This document shows, in pieces, positions 17,506-27,097 of a DNA stretch of 50,171 bases; the stretch's first letter is position 1; each line of letters begins with the position of its first letter. The DNA comes from Myxococcales bacterium (GTDB taxonomy: Bacteria; Myxococcota_A; Polyangia; Polyangiales; Polyangiaceae): assembly GCA_025355005.1 (NCBI GenBank), contig JANXLV010000011.1:1-50171 (forward strand), read 5' to 3'. A program made the position numbers and the translations under genes. Under the pieces are notes generated by a model. The model did no database searches, was not told where the DNA came from, and saw nothing but the letters and a program-made list of their open reading frames with translations.

Positions 17506-18519
17506 TCACAGGTCTTTGGCGCAGCGGAGGCCCGTCATGAGGAGACGGAAGTACCCTGGATGGTGGACGCGGTTCGACGAGCGCAGGCCTTCGGCTCCGT
17601 AGTTGTAGGCGCCGCCGCGGATCGATTTCTCGCACTCCACCGGGATCGGATTGGAGCCTGTGTAGCCCTGCTTGTGATCGCGTCGCAGCTCGTCCTGTGC
17701 GCGCCTTATCTCTTCGCACGTTCCAGGAATGCCCTTGTCCGCTCCTGCGCGGCGATACGCGTACGGATCGTAGTCGTCCTGCATCCACTCCCAGACGTTG
17801 CCGGCGAGGTCGTCGTGCCCGTACGGCCCGCGGCCCTTCGGATGCGCGCCCACATCGTCGGGCCACGACGTACCGAACACCGTGATCTCCGGCGTCGCGA
17901 GCTCGTTGCCCCACGGATAGCGACGCGCATCGGTTCCGCGCGACGCCTTCTCCATCTCGGCCTCGCGCGGCAACCGCTTGCCGCTCCAGGTGCAGTACGC
18001 GCGCGCGTCGAACCACGAGACCCCCGTCACGGGCTTCCGCGGCCCCCGAAACTTCGCCCCACCCTTCACGACCGTCCCCGGATCCGGCGCGGTGCAAGCC
18101 TTCGCAGCGACACACGCCTGATACGCGGACTGCGTCACCTCCGTGCGATCGAGGAAGAACCCCGCAAGCTCCACCTGATGAGCAGGATGCTCGTCCTCCT
18201 CACCGATCGAATCCGAGCCCATCGTGAAAGGACCAGCGGGAACGAGGAGCATGTCCGGGGGAGGGGAAGGGGAGGAGGGTGAGGGTGAGGGTGAGGTCGA
18301 GGGTGAGGGTGAGGTCGAGGGTGAGGGTGAGGTCGAGGTCGAGGTCGAGGTCGAGGTCGAGGTCGAGGTCGAGGTCGACCCGGCGCTCGCTAGCGTGCCT
18401 ATGAACGACGTCCTCGTCCCTTCTCCCGCTCCCGCTTCATTCCGCACGCAGTGCACCCCTACGCTGGCGAACACGGCCAGCGTTAGTAGCGTCTCTGCCC
18501 TGAGCCCTGAGCGCCGCAT
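17506..18519 (-). CDS. Secreted formylglycine-generating-enzyme (FGE/SUMF1)-family protein with (ST)n/(SP)n linker
   Basis: Only the C-terminal 337 aa of the 902-aa ORF are real. Signal peptide MRRSGLRAETLLTLAVFASVG. FGE-sulfatase motifs (GVSWFDARAYCTWSGKRLPREAEME, GNVWEWMQD, RGGAYNY). The upstream part is antisense to ABC genes. Confidence 0.8.
   Translation of the reverse strand: MRRSGLRAETLLTLAVFASVGVHCVRNEAGAGEGTRTSFIGTLASAGSTSTSTSTSTSTSTSTSPSPSTSPSPSTSPSPSPSSPSPPPDMLLVPAGPFTMGSDSIGEEDEHPAHQVELAGFFLDRTEVTQSAYQACVAAKACTAPDPGTVVKGGAKFRGPRKPVTGVSWFDARAYCTWSGKRLPREAEMEKASRGTDARRYPWGNELATPEITVFGTSWPDDVGAHPKGRGPYGHDDLAGNVWEWMQDDYDPYAYRRAGADKGIPGTCEEIRRAQDELRRDHKQGYTGSNPIPVECEKSIRGGAYNYGAEGLRSSNRVHHPGYFRLLMTGLRCAKDL
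18262..18380. repeat. Coding microsatellite: (gagggtgagggtgaggtc)x3 followed by (gaggtc)x~8, encoding a Ser/Thr/Pro linker on the minus strand
   Basis: Read directly from the sequence; lies inside the FGE-like CDS. Confidence 0.8.
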
Positions 18520-18594
18520 GACTACCTGGAAATTAGGCCGAATCGACGCCATACGAAACTTTTCTGCGTGGTATACGGAGGGACAAGGCCGTTC

Positions 18595-19581
18595 GTGATC
18601 TCCGTCCGCAACCTGGTGAAGCACTACGGATCGCACGTTGCGGTCGACGACCTCTCGTTCGAGGTCGAAAAGGGCAGCGTGGTCGGGTTCCTCGGGCCGA
18701 ACGGGGCCGGCAAGAGCACAACGCTCCGCATCCTGTCCGGCTTCCTCGGTCGGACCGCCGGTGAGGTCACGATCGACGGCCACCAGGTCGACACCTACGA
18801 CGCCAAGCGCGCCACCGGCTACATGCCGGAGGCCGTGCCGCTCTACCCCGAGATGCGCGTCGTCGAATATCTCCGCTTCCGCGCCGAGCTGAAGGAGGTC
18901 CCGCGCAAGGATCGTCGGCCCTTCGTCGACCTCGCGATGGAGCGCGCGCGCGTGACCGACGTCGCGACACGCACCATCGGTGACCTCTCGAAGGGCTACC
19001 GACAGCGCGTTGGGCTCGCGGACGCGCTCGTCGCCAAGCCACCGCTCCTCATCCTGGACGAGCCCACCGCAGGCCTCGACCCGAACCAGATGCGCGAGGT
19101 CCGCGACGTCATCAAGGGCCTCGGCAAGGAGCACACGGTCCTCTTGTCCACGCACATCCTCTCCGAGGTCGAGGCCAGCTGCGACGAGGTCGTCGTCATC
19201 AACAAGGGCAAGCTCGTCGCGCGCGGCACCAAGGAAGAGATCCAGAAGAAGCGGCGCTCCGCCGGGCTCTCCTTCGTGGTGCGCGGCGACAAGGCCACCT
19301 GCGTGCGCGTGCTCACGCAGAGCGGATCGTTCGGAAAGATCACGACGACGCCCGACGCCCAGGATCCCGCGCTCCTCAACGCAGAGGCGCGCTGGAAGAA
19401 GGGCCTCGCGGAGCCGGGCCTCGCGACCGAAGCCGCCGTGGCCGCGCTCTTGGGCGCAGGTCTGTTCGTTCGCTCCGTCACCGTCGAGAAGAGCACGCTC
19501 GAGGACGTCTTCGCGGAGCTCACGCGCGCCGCGGTCCCCACCAGCGCCGACGCGGTGGAGCCGGAACAGGAGGACGAATAG
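18595..19581 (+). CDS. ABC transporter ATP-binding protein (ABC-2/GldA-like)
   Basis: Walker A GPNGAGKST. Signature LSKGYRQRVGLA. Walker B LLILDEPTAGLD. Start set to GTG at 18595 (MISVRNLVKHYG, GGAGGG upstream); ORF-track GTG at 18568 is the alternative. Confidence 0.9.
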   Translation: MISVRNLVKHYGSHVAVDDLSFEVEKGSVVGFLGPNGAGKSTTLRILSGFLGRTAGEVTIDGHQVDTYDAKRATGYMPEAVPLYPEMRVVEYLRFRAELKEVPRKDRRPFVDLAMERARVTDVATRTIGDLSKGYRQRVGLADALVAKPPLLILDEPTAGLDPNQMREVRDVIKGLGKEHTVLLSTHILSEVEASCDEVVVINKGKLVARGTKEEIQKKRRSAGLSFVVRGDKATCVRVLTQSGSFGKITTTPDAQDPALLNAEARWKKGLAEPGLATEAAVAALLGAGLFVRSVTVEKSTLEDVFAELTRAAVPTSADAVEPEQEDE

Positions 19582-20337
19582 ATGCGCGGCTTCTGGCCAA
19601 TCCTCAAGCGGGAGGTGTTCACGTTCTTCGTGACGCCGCTCGCGTGGGTCCTCATCTGCGTGTTCCTGCTCGTGCAAGGCATGCACTTCTACTTGCTCGT
19701 CGATCACTTCTCGAACCAGGCAGAAGTGATCAGCGATCAGACGCCGCTGCAGGCGTTCTTCGGCAACACCGTGCTCCTCTACCTGGTGCTCTTCCTGCTG
19801 GTCCCGCCGATCACGATGCGCCTCTTCGCCGAAGAGCGACGCAGCGGCACCGTGGAGACGCTGCTCACGGCGCCCGTGTCGCCTGCCGCCGTCGTGCTCG
19901 CGAAGTACGTGTCCGCGCTCGTCACGTACGTGTCCATGTGGGCGCCCACGGTGCTCTATCTCGTCATCCTGAATCGCACCGGCCCCATCGACTGGCACGT
20001 CGCGTCCGCCGCTTACCTTGGCGTGTTCTGCGTGGGCGCGGGGTACCTGTCGCTCGGCCTCCTCATGAGCGCGCTCACGAAGAGCCAGTTCTTGGCGCTC
20101 ATCCTCACCGCCATGTGCATCATGGGTCTCTTCATCCTGGGCGTGGGTGAGTTCGTCACGCACGAGGGCCAGACCCTCCACGACGTCTGCGCGCACGTCT
20201 CCGTCTGGGCGCACATGAACGACTTCGGCAGCGGCATCATCGACTCGCGCCGTCTTGTCTTCTACGGAAGCATCGTCGCGCTGTCGCTCTTCTGCACCAC
20301 GCGCGTGGTGGACTCCTGGCGCTGGGGTGACGCTTGA
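19582..20337 (+). CDS. ABC-2 family permease (GldF-like)
   Basis: AGGAGGA RBS. Six predicted TM segments. ATG immediately after the ATPase stop. Confidence 0.85.
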   Translation: MRGFWPILKREVFTFFVTPLAWVLICVFLLVQGMHFYLLVDHFSNQAEVISDQTPLQAFFGNTVLLYLVLFLLVPPITMRLFAEERRSGTVETLLTAPVSPAAVVLAKYVSALVTYVSMWAPTVLYLVILNRTGPIDWHVASAAYLGVFCVGAGYLSLGLLMSALTKSQFLALILTAMCIMGLFILGVGEFVTHEGQTLHDVCAHVSVWAHMNDFGSGIIDSRRLVFYGSIVALSLFCTTRVVDSWRWGDA

Positions 20338-21896
20338 GGCGCTTCCTGGGTCCCGGACAGGCGGGCAAGCTGCTCAGCGTGGTCTTCGCGTTCGTCGCGA
20401 TGGTCACTGCGAACGTCATCGGCGCGCGCCATTTTTCGCGCTGGGACATGACGGAGAACAAGCGCTACTCGCTGTCGCGGCCAACCATCGAGACCCTGCA
20501 TTCGTTGCCCGGCACGATGGAGGTCTGGGTCCTCATGGGCCCGGGCGATCCGCTCGGTGAGAGCGTGAAGCAGCTCTTGGTCTCCTACCGGGCAGAGACC
20601 GACAAGCTGGATGTAAAATACATCGATCCCGATCGCGACACCGCCAAGTTCGAGGACGTGAAGCGGCGATTCCACATCGAGGCCGGTCGCACCGAGGACG
20701 GGCGCCTGGTCGCGGACGCAGTCATCGTGGTCGCGCGAGAGGACAAGCACTGGTTCGTCACGGCGAGCGATCTCTTCGAGGTGAGCGGCACGAGCGAAGG
20801 CCGCGCAAAGCCGCGCGAAGAAGAGGCAGTCACCGGCGCCATCCGCAACGTGCTCGGAGGCCAGAAGTCCGTGCTGTGCTTCTCCGTCGGCCACGGCGAG
20901 ATGTCCCTGGACGACGGCACGGACCGCGGGCTCGGCCAGCTGCGCACGCTCCTCGAGAAGGACAACTACACCGTACATCCGGTGGACACGACACAGAGCG
21001 GCGCCGAGCGCGCGTGGGAAGGGTGCGACGTCGCGGTGATCGCCGGCCCACGCGGCCCATGGAAGAAGGAAGAGGCAGACGCGCTTCGCACCTTCGCGAT
21101 GTCCGGCGGCAACGTGCTCGTGGGTGTCTCGCCGATCACCGGGGATTCGCCCACCGGCATGCAGTCCGCGGGCCTCGACAGCGTCCTCTCGCCGTTCGGC
21201 GTGAAGCTCGAAGATGCGCTCGCTGTCGAACGTGACCCGAAGAGGGTGATCGAGGGCGAGGGCCTCGGGTTCTACGCGGAGGTGCGTCCGCACGCGGTCA
21301 CCAGCGGCTTGCTTCCATCCGAGGACGGGCAGAAGACCACCCCGCGCGTGAAGGTGAAGTTCGCGCGCGCGCTCAGGCACGCGAGCGAGCCCGGCGCAGC
21401 CTCCGCGCTCGATCTCCTGGCGACGACCGATCAGGCGTTCGGCGTGACCGACGTCTCCGGCGCGGCGAGCTGGAGCGGCCCACCGGAGCGGAAGGGCACG
21501 GACGTGCCGGGTCCTGTCATCCTCGCCATGGCGAGCGAGCGACCGAAGCTCGTCGCGAACGCGCCGCACGGTCCCCGCATGATCGTGATGGCCAGCGCGA
21601 GCTTTTTCGTGGGACAGAACTGGCGCGAGACGCTGGCCGATCGCGGCGCGGCGCTCTTCCTGGACAGCGTGGTCTCGTGGCTTGCCGCGAAGCCGGTGGT
21701 GCTGGACATCCCGGAGCGTCAGAGCCTCTCGCTCGGCGTGAAGATGGACGAGGCGAGCATCGCCGACGTGCGCCGCTACGTGCTCATCTACATGCCCCTC
21801 GCGATCGCCATCCTGGGCGGCACCATCCTGTACCTCCGCAAGAAGGGCGAAGCCCCGAAGAGCAAGAAGCCGAAGCCGAAGCGGAAAAAGCCGTGA
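20334..21896 (+). CDS. GldG-like ABC-transporter auxiliary protein
   Basis: N-terminal TM, large periplasmic domain, C-terminal TM plus Lys/Pro tail. Typical GldG-family start region (RWDMTENKRYSLS). TTG start overlaps the permease stop. Confidence 0.8.
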   Translation: MRRFLGPGQAGKLLSVVFAFVAMVTANVIGARHFSRWDMTENKRYSLSRPTIETLHSLPGTMEVWVLMGPGDPLGESVKQLLVSYRAETDKLDVKYIDPDRDTAKFEDVKRRFHIEAGRTEDGRLVADAVIVVAREDKHWFVTASDLFEVSGTSEGRAKPREEEAVTGAIRNVLGGQKSVLCFSVGHGEMSLDDGTDRGLGQLRTLLEKDNYTVHPVDTTQSGAERAWEGCDVAVIAGPRGPWKKEEADALRTFAMSGGNVLVGVSPITGDSPTGMQSAGLDSVLSPFGVKLEDALAVERDPKRVIEGEGLGFYAEVRPHAVTSGLLPSEDGQKTTPRVKVKFARALRHASEPGAASALDLLATTDQAFGVTDVSGAASWSGPPERKGTDVPGPVILAMASERPKLVANAPHGPRMIVMASASFFVGQNWRETLADRGAALFLDSVVSWLAAKPVVLDIPERQSLSLGVKMDEASIADVRRYVLIYMPLAIAILGGTILYLRKKGEAPKSKKPKPKRKKP

Positions 21897-23995
21897 CGGT
21901 CAGGAAGCACGCGTCGCTCATCGTGACGGGAGTGCTCGCAGTGGCGCTGCTCACGTACGCGTACGTCGATCGCAACAACGTCACCGACATCGAACGCACC
22001 GCGCGCGAGGGAGATCTTTTTCCTGCGTGGCGTCGCGACCAGGTGACGCGTTTCGAGCTTGTTTTTCAGGATGAAACGCTCACGCTCGACAAGCACGGCG
22101 ACGACGGCGGCGTGGGCACATGGACCATGACGGAGCCGCGGCCCGACCAGGCCGACTACGCGAGCGTGGAGAGCTTGCTCATCTCGCTGGAGCACGGGCG
22201 TCCGATCCGCAAGTCGTCCACCGACGTCGGCGGGTGGGACAAGCCTCGCGTGCGCGGCAAGGTCTTGATGGGCGCGATCACGTTCGACTTCGAGGTCGGC
22301 GCGCATGCTCCCACGCCCGAGGGGGCGAGCTACTTCAGATTGAAGGGCCAGGAGCCCGTCGTGATCTCGAAGGAGGTGACCGACGCGCTGCTCGCGCACG
22401 GCGAGCACTACCGGAGCCGCGCCGTCGTACCGTACCTCTCACTGCAGCTCGACTGGGTGGAGGTCACGTCGCCGGCGGGTCCGTGGAAGCTCACGCGCCT
22501 GACGCCGATCGCGTTCAAGATCGAGCCGCTCGGGGTGCGTGCGTCGCGGACGAAGATCGATCGCATGTGGGGCGCGCTCGCGGACCTGCGTTCCGAGGCC
22601 TATTTCCCCACGGATGAAGCGAAGCGCCTGACGGAGAACCCCGTGCTGCGCGTGGCCATGAAGCCCACCGAAGCGCAAAAGCCCGCGGGGATCTTTCGCG
22701 TCGGCGGCACATGCCCGGGGCAGCCGGAGCAGCTGATCTTCTATCGCGAGGCGCCCGATCCGATGGGGGCTTGCGTGCCGAAGGGTGCCGTGGAGCGCCT
22801 GTCCGCGACGCCGGATGCATACGCCGACGAGGGCGCGTTCACCTATCGCTTCGACGAGATCGAGGACGTGATCCTGACGTCTGGCGACAAGACCGTGGAG
22901 CTCGCGCGGACGGGCAGCGGCTTCCACATGCGCGCACCGGAGGATCGCGCGCTAGACGTGGACGAGGCGCGCGTCGCGAGCCATCTGCTCACCATCATCG
23001 ACAAGACCGAGGGCGCGAGCTTCGTGCGCGGCTTCTCGACGGACGAGCCCGCGCTGGGCAAGGTGCGTGTCCGCACGGCCGTGGGTGACGAGGAGATCGA
23101 GATCGGGCGCGCGCACATCCGGCGGCTCATGGACGGCGCCGTGCTCTCCGCGAGCGAGACGCTCACCACCGCGCTGCTCCCGCGCAGGACGCTGCTCCGT
23201 GCGCCGCGTATTTTCTCCGAGGCCATCGACGCATCGGAGATCTCCCAGGTGACCCTGGACTGCGGCGCGCTGCAGGTCTTCGAGCGCGATCCGAAGAACC
23301 CGCGCGCGTTCGTGATGCTCGCACCGCCAGGCTTTGCGGTGGACGAGCCGGGGCTTTCCGGCCTGGCCGAGAACCTCACGCGCCTGCGCGCCGACGCCTG
23401 GGTCGCGGACGAAGATCGCGGGGCCTGGAAGACGAAGACGTCGTCGTGCAAGGTGTCGTTCCGGAGCAAGGACGAGGCGGGCACCACGACCCACACGCTG
23501 TCCCTGGGCTCCGCGGGGCAGGGCGGCATCTTCGCGCGGGTCGACGAAGATCCCGCGGTCGCGGTGGTGCCCGTGTCCGTGTCTGATCTGATGCATGCAA
23601 TCTACATTGATACGGAGCTGCCGCATCCGCCGGGCGCCCTCGTTGCGATCGAAGTGAAGCAGGGTGGCAAAACGACCACGCTGCGACCAGGCGACGAGTC
23701 GGGCGAGGCGTTCGCGCAGCTGGAGTCGCTCGCGTTCGATCGCGTGCTGCACCTGGGCGCGCCCGTGGCTGACGATGGGATGAGCACGCCCACGCTGGAG
23801 CTCGGGCTCACGTACGCGAGCGACGCCGGCAGAACCGCGAAGCTCCGGCTCGTGCTGGGCGCCAGGAAACCCAAGGGCTACACCGCTGTTGTCGGCGATG
23901 CGGGCGCAGTGTTCCTGGTCTCGCCGCGGAGGCTGGGCGCGTTCTTCCCCGACGAGCTGCGCAAGCCGACGGACGCGGGCGCCCCGCAGCGCTAG
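21893..23995 (+). CDS. DUF4340-like membrane-anchored periplasmic protein (usual partner of GldG)
   Basis: GTG start forming a GTGA overlap with the gldG-like stop (codon 73 of ORF 21677..23995). N-terminal TM helix, 700 aa. The upstream 72 codons are Arg/His-rich junk. Confidence 0.65.
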   Translation: MTVRKHASLIVTGVLAVALLTYAYVDRNNVTDIERTAREGDLFPAWRRDQVTRFELVFQDETLTLDKHGDDGGVGTWTMTEPRPDQADYASVESLLISLEHGRPIRKSSTDVGGWDKPRVRGKVLMGAITFDFEVGAHAPTPEGASYFRLKGQEPVVISKEVTDALLAHGEHYRSRAVVPYLSLQLDWVEVTSPAGPWKLTRLTPIAFKIEPLGVRASRTKIDRMWGALADLRSEAYFPTDEAKRLTENPVLRVAMKPTEAQKPAGIFRVGGTCPGQPEQLIFYREAPDPMGACVPKGAVERLSATPDAYADEGAFTYRFDEIEDVILTSGDKTVELARTGSGFHMRAPEDRALDVDEARVASHLLTIIDKTEGASFVRGFSTDEPALGKVRVRTAVGDEEIEIGRAHIRRLMDGAVLSASETLTTALLPRRTLLRAPRIFSEAIDASEISQVTLDCGALQVFERDPKNPRAFVMLAPPGFAVDEPGLSGLAENLTRLRADAWVADEDRGAWKTKTSSCKVSFRSKDEAGTTTHTLSLGSAGQGGIFARVDEDPAVAVVPVSVSDLMHAIYIDTELPHPPGALVAIEVKQGGKTTTLRPGDESGEAFAQLESLAFDRVLHLGAPVADDGMSTPTLELGLTYASDAGRTAKLRLVLGARKPKGYTAVVGDAGAVFLVSPRRLGAFFPDELRKPTDAGAPQR

Positions 23996-24125
23996 CCTTG
24001 ACCCGGCGTCGCCGTCTGCGCAGAAATGGAGCGCGCGACCGCTCCACTACGGAGCGCGCATGTCACCACAGTGGGTGAAAATAGGCCGAGTTCGCGTCGG
24101 CACGGCGCCTGCTCAGTGACGGCCC

Positions 24126-26183
24126 ATGAGCGAACGCGACGCACGTGAACGAGACATTCTGGTTGCACCCTCCGAGTACGCCTACGTCCAGGACCTGACG
24201 AAGGGGGACATTGTCCTCTACGTGGGTCCCACGAAGATCAGCCTCTCCAACACCGAGCGCATCGTGGAGCTGCGCGAGAACCGCTTCGTCCCCGTCCGCG
24301 CGGACGACCCGAGCTTCGGCGTGAGCCCGTTCGTGTCGGCCTCGTCCTCGCAGTACATCGTGCTCGAGAATCCCGTGCTGGAAGGAAAGGAGGCGCGCCC
24401 CATTCGCGGCGGCAACACGGCGGTGGACCTCGCCGTGGGTCGCAAGGTCGTCGTGGCCGGACCGACGATGTTCCCGCTGTGGCCCGGTCAGCGTGCGCGC
24501 GTGATCGACGCTCACCCGCTGCGCGAGGACGAGTACCTGATCGTGCGCTACTACGACCGCGTCCCCGAAGATCCGCATCCCATCGGCTCCGAGCTGGTCG
24601 TGCGCGGCGCGGACGTGTCGTTCTACGTACCGCGCACCGGGCTCGAGGTCGTCCCCGCGGAGGTCGTGCCCGGACGCTGGCGGTACGTGCGCAAGGCCAC
24701 GCGCTTCCCGAGGCCCGGGGGCTTGCACGTGCGCGTCACGAAGCAGCTCACCGCAGATGAATGGCACGCCCTTCCCGCGGGGACGTACGCGGCCGGCACG
24801 GACGTGTTCTTGGCCGATCGCGACGGCTACTTCTTCCCGGACGAGAACGTGGAGGTCATCGCTCTGGTGTTGCCCGTTCCGATCGCGGAGAAGGAAGGGC
24901 TCTACGTGCGTGATCGCCCCACGGGTCGCATCGCGACGATCATGGGCCCGGCGAACTACCTCTGCGATCCGACGCGTGAGGAGCTCGTGCCCCGCGTGCT
25001 GTCGCCGGAGCGCGTGAAGCTCTATGGCCTCGCCCATCACGACCCGATGCGTGCCGTCGCGGTGAACGTGCCGCCCGGCTTCGCGGTGCTTGTCACTGGG
25101 AAGACGAAGCGCGAGGTCGTGAAGGGACCGGAGACGCGCATCCTGGACTTCGACGAGGAGCTGACGGTGCAGCGTCTGTCAACGGGTCGCCCCAAATCGG
25201 ACGAGAGCACGCTCGAGACCTGCTTCTTGCAAGTGGAGAGCAACAAGGTGAGCGACACGCTCTCCGTGCGCACGCGCGATCACGTGGAGGTGCAGATCTC
25301 CGTGTCCTACCGTGTGTCGTTCGAAGGGCAGGACAGGCAGCGCTGGTTCCACGTGAAGGACTACGTCGGTCTCCTCTGTGATCACGCGGGCTCCATCCTG
25401 CGCGCCGCGTCGCGCACCACGAGCATCGAGCTGTTCCAGCGCGAGGCGACCGAGATGTTGCGTACCGCGATCCTGGGAGAGCGTCGCGACGTGGAGGGGG
25501 AGGGCGCGGGACCGCCGCGAAGGCCTGGGCGTGCGTTCACCGAGAACGGGATGTGGGTCTACGATCTGGAGGTTCTGGACGTGCGCATCCTGGACGCGGA
25601 CGTCAAGAAGCTGCTGGACGGCGCCCAGCGCGCGGCCATCGTGAGCGACGCGAAGCGGCGCGAGGAAGAGCGTCGCCTGTCCGAGGAGCGACTGCGCGCG
25701 GAGGTCGATCGCGAGGTGGGCGACGCGCAGATCCTGGCGCTGGCGAAGGCGCTGGAGGTGGAGGGCGCGCGTGCGGCGCTGGAGGAGCGTCGGGCTGCGT
25801 CGCTCGTTACGGTCGAGCGCGTCACGCGCGTGGGCGCGGCGGAGGCGGAGGCGCGCGCGCTTACCATCGAGCGCGACGCGGAGGCGCAGTCACTCGAGCG
25901 TCGCGCGGAGCTCGGTCGGAAGACGCTGGAGGCGCAAGTTGCGGCGTTCGAGAAGCAGATGGCTGCGCTGGCGCCGGAGCTCATCTCCACGCTCACCACG
26001 CTGGGCCATCAGAAGCTTGCCGCGGAGCTGTCCCTGAACGTGGGCCCGCTCGCGGTGCTGGGCGGCGGAAGCGTCACGGAGATCGTCGAGAAGCTCCTCG
26101 GCGCGCTCCCCGTGGGCGCAAAGAAGACGGTCGCGGACGTGCTCGTCCATCGCAACGGAGCGGCCATTCCAAAGTCCACCTGA
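24126..26183 (+). CDS. Major vault protein (MVP) homolog: MVP repeats, SPFH-like shoulder and coiled-coil cap helix
   Basis: N-terminus APSEYAYVQDLTKGDIVLYVGPTKISLSNTERIV parallels eukaryotic MVP ([35 protein letters not shown]). Shoulder motifs EGLYVRDRPTGRIATIMGP and LSTGRPK parallel EGIYVQDVKTGKVRAVIGS and LSAGRPK. Arg/Glu-rich coiled coil in the C-terminal third. 685 aa, so fewer repeats than the 9 in human MVP. Confidence 0.85.
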   Translation: MSERDARERDILVAPSEYAYVQDLTKGDIVLYVGPTKISLSNTERIVELRENRFVPVRADDPSFGVSPFVSASSSQYIVLENPVLEGKEARPIRGGNTAVDLAVGRKVVVAGPTMFPLWPGQRARVIDAHPLREDEYLIVRYYDRVPEDPHPIGSELVVRGADVSFYVPRTGLEVVPAEVVPGRWRYVRKATRFPRPGGLHVRVTKQLTADEWHALPAGTYAAGTDVFLADRDGYFFPDENVEVIALVLPVPIAEKEGLYVRDRPTGRIATIMGPANYLCDPTREELVPRVLSPERVKLYGLAHHDPMRAVAVNVPPGFAVLVTGKTKREVVKGPETRILDFDEELTVQRLSTGRPKSDESTLETCFLQVESNKVSDTLSVRTRDHVEVQISVSYRVSFEGQDRQRWFHVKDYVGLLCDHAGSILRAASRTTSIELFQREATEMLRTAILGERRDVEGEGAGPPRRPGRAFTENGMWVYDLEVLDVRILDADVKKLLDGAQRAAIVSDAKRREEERRLSEERLRAEVDREVGDAQILALAKALEVEGARAALEERRAASLVTVERVTRVGAAEAEARALTIERDAEAQSLERRAELGRKTLEAQVAAFEKQMAALAPELISTLTTLGHQKLAAELSLNVGPLAVLGGGSVTEIVEKLLGALPVGAKKTVADVLVHRNGAAIPKST

Positions 26184-26221
26184 CGCTGGGAAGGTGGCGG
26201 AAGGTGGCGTAAGGTGGCGTC

Positions 26222-27097
26222 GTGGATGTGAAGCCGATCGTGAAGTGGGCGGGCGGAAAATCGTGGCTGGTGCCAGCTCTCCGCCCGCTCATTCCGAAGA
26301 AGATGCGGACGTACGTGGAGCCGTTCGCGGGTGGCGCGGCCGTCTTCTTCGCGCTCGCCTCGGAGACGCCGCGTCCGTTCAAGCGTGCGATCCTGGTCGA
26401 TCAGAACGAGGAGCTCGTGGCCTGCTACCGCGCCATCAAGGGCGAGGTGCCCGCGCTGCTCAAGAAGCTGGGCGAGTTCGTCTACGACAAGGAACAGTTC
26501 TACGAAGTGCGCGCGTGGAAGACGTCGAAGATGAGCGACGTCGACCGCGGCGCGCGGCTGATCTATCTCAACAAGACGTGCTTCAACGGTCTCTGGCGCG
26601 TGAACTCCAAGGGTGAGTTCAACGTGCCGTTCGGACGCATGCAGAACCCGAAGATCAAGGACGAGCCGAACTTGATGCGCGCGTCCAAGGCGCTTGCTCA
26701 CTGCGACATTCGTCACGGTGACTTTGCCTCCGCGCTCCAGGGCCTTGGTCCCGAGGACTTCGTCTACTTCGACCCACCCTACGCGCCCGTCTCGAAGACC
26801 GCGAATTTCACGTCCTACGCGAGCGGCGGCTTCAGCGCGGACGATCAGCAACGCCTCGTGGACGCCATGGTGAAGCTTCGCGGCGATGGCGTCGGAGCCG
26901 TCCTGTCCAACGCCGATACGACGGAGACGCAAGCGCTGTACGCGCGCTTCAAACACGAAACCGTCCTCGCGCGGCGCTCCATCAACTCCAACACCAAACG
27001 TCGCGGCCCCACCGGTGAGCTCGTCGTCCAGAACGTGCTCGCACCAGAGAAGAAGAAGAGCAAGAAGAAGGCGGTCGCGCGGGCAGCGCGTACATGA
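26222..27097 (+). CDS. Dam-family (D12 class) DNA N6-adenine methyltransferase
   Basis: Motifs KWAGGK, EPFAGGAAV, YLNKTCFNGLWRVNSKGEFNVPFG, DPPY. GTG start 38 nt after the MVP stop. Confidence 0.85.
   Translation: MDVKPIVKWAGGKSWLVPALRPLIPKKMRTYVEPFAGGAAVFFALASETPRPFKRAILVDQNEELVACYRAIKGEVPALLKKLGEFVYDKEQFYEVRAWKTSKMSDVDRGARLIYLNKTCFNGLWRVNSKGEFNVPFGRMQNPKIKDEPNLMRASKALAHCDIRHGDFASALQGLGPEDFVYFDPPYAPVSKTANFTSYASGGFSADDQQRLVDAMVKLRGDGVGAVLSNADTTETQALYARFKHETVLARRSINSNTKRRGPTGELVVQNVLAPEKKKSKKKAVARAART

Noticed and set aside
18262-18380. Possible CRISPR array (also considered for the tandem repeats at 5977..6006 and 9765..9800)
   Set aside because: Repeat units are 6-18 bp with no spacers, and no cas genes occur anywhere in the window. 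These are simple tandem repeats or coding microsatellites.
18520-20214. N-terminal 565 codons of the 902-aa minus-strand ORF 17506..20214
   Set aside because: Only the C-terminal 337 aa (signal peptide + FGE domain) are credible. The rest is antisense to the ABC ATPase and permease genes and is His/Arg/Glu-rich.
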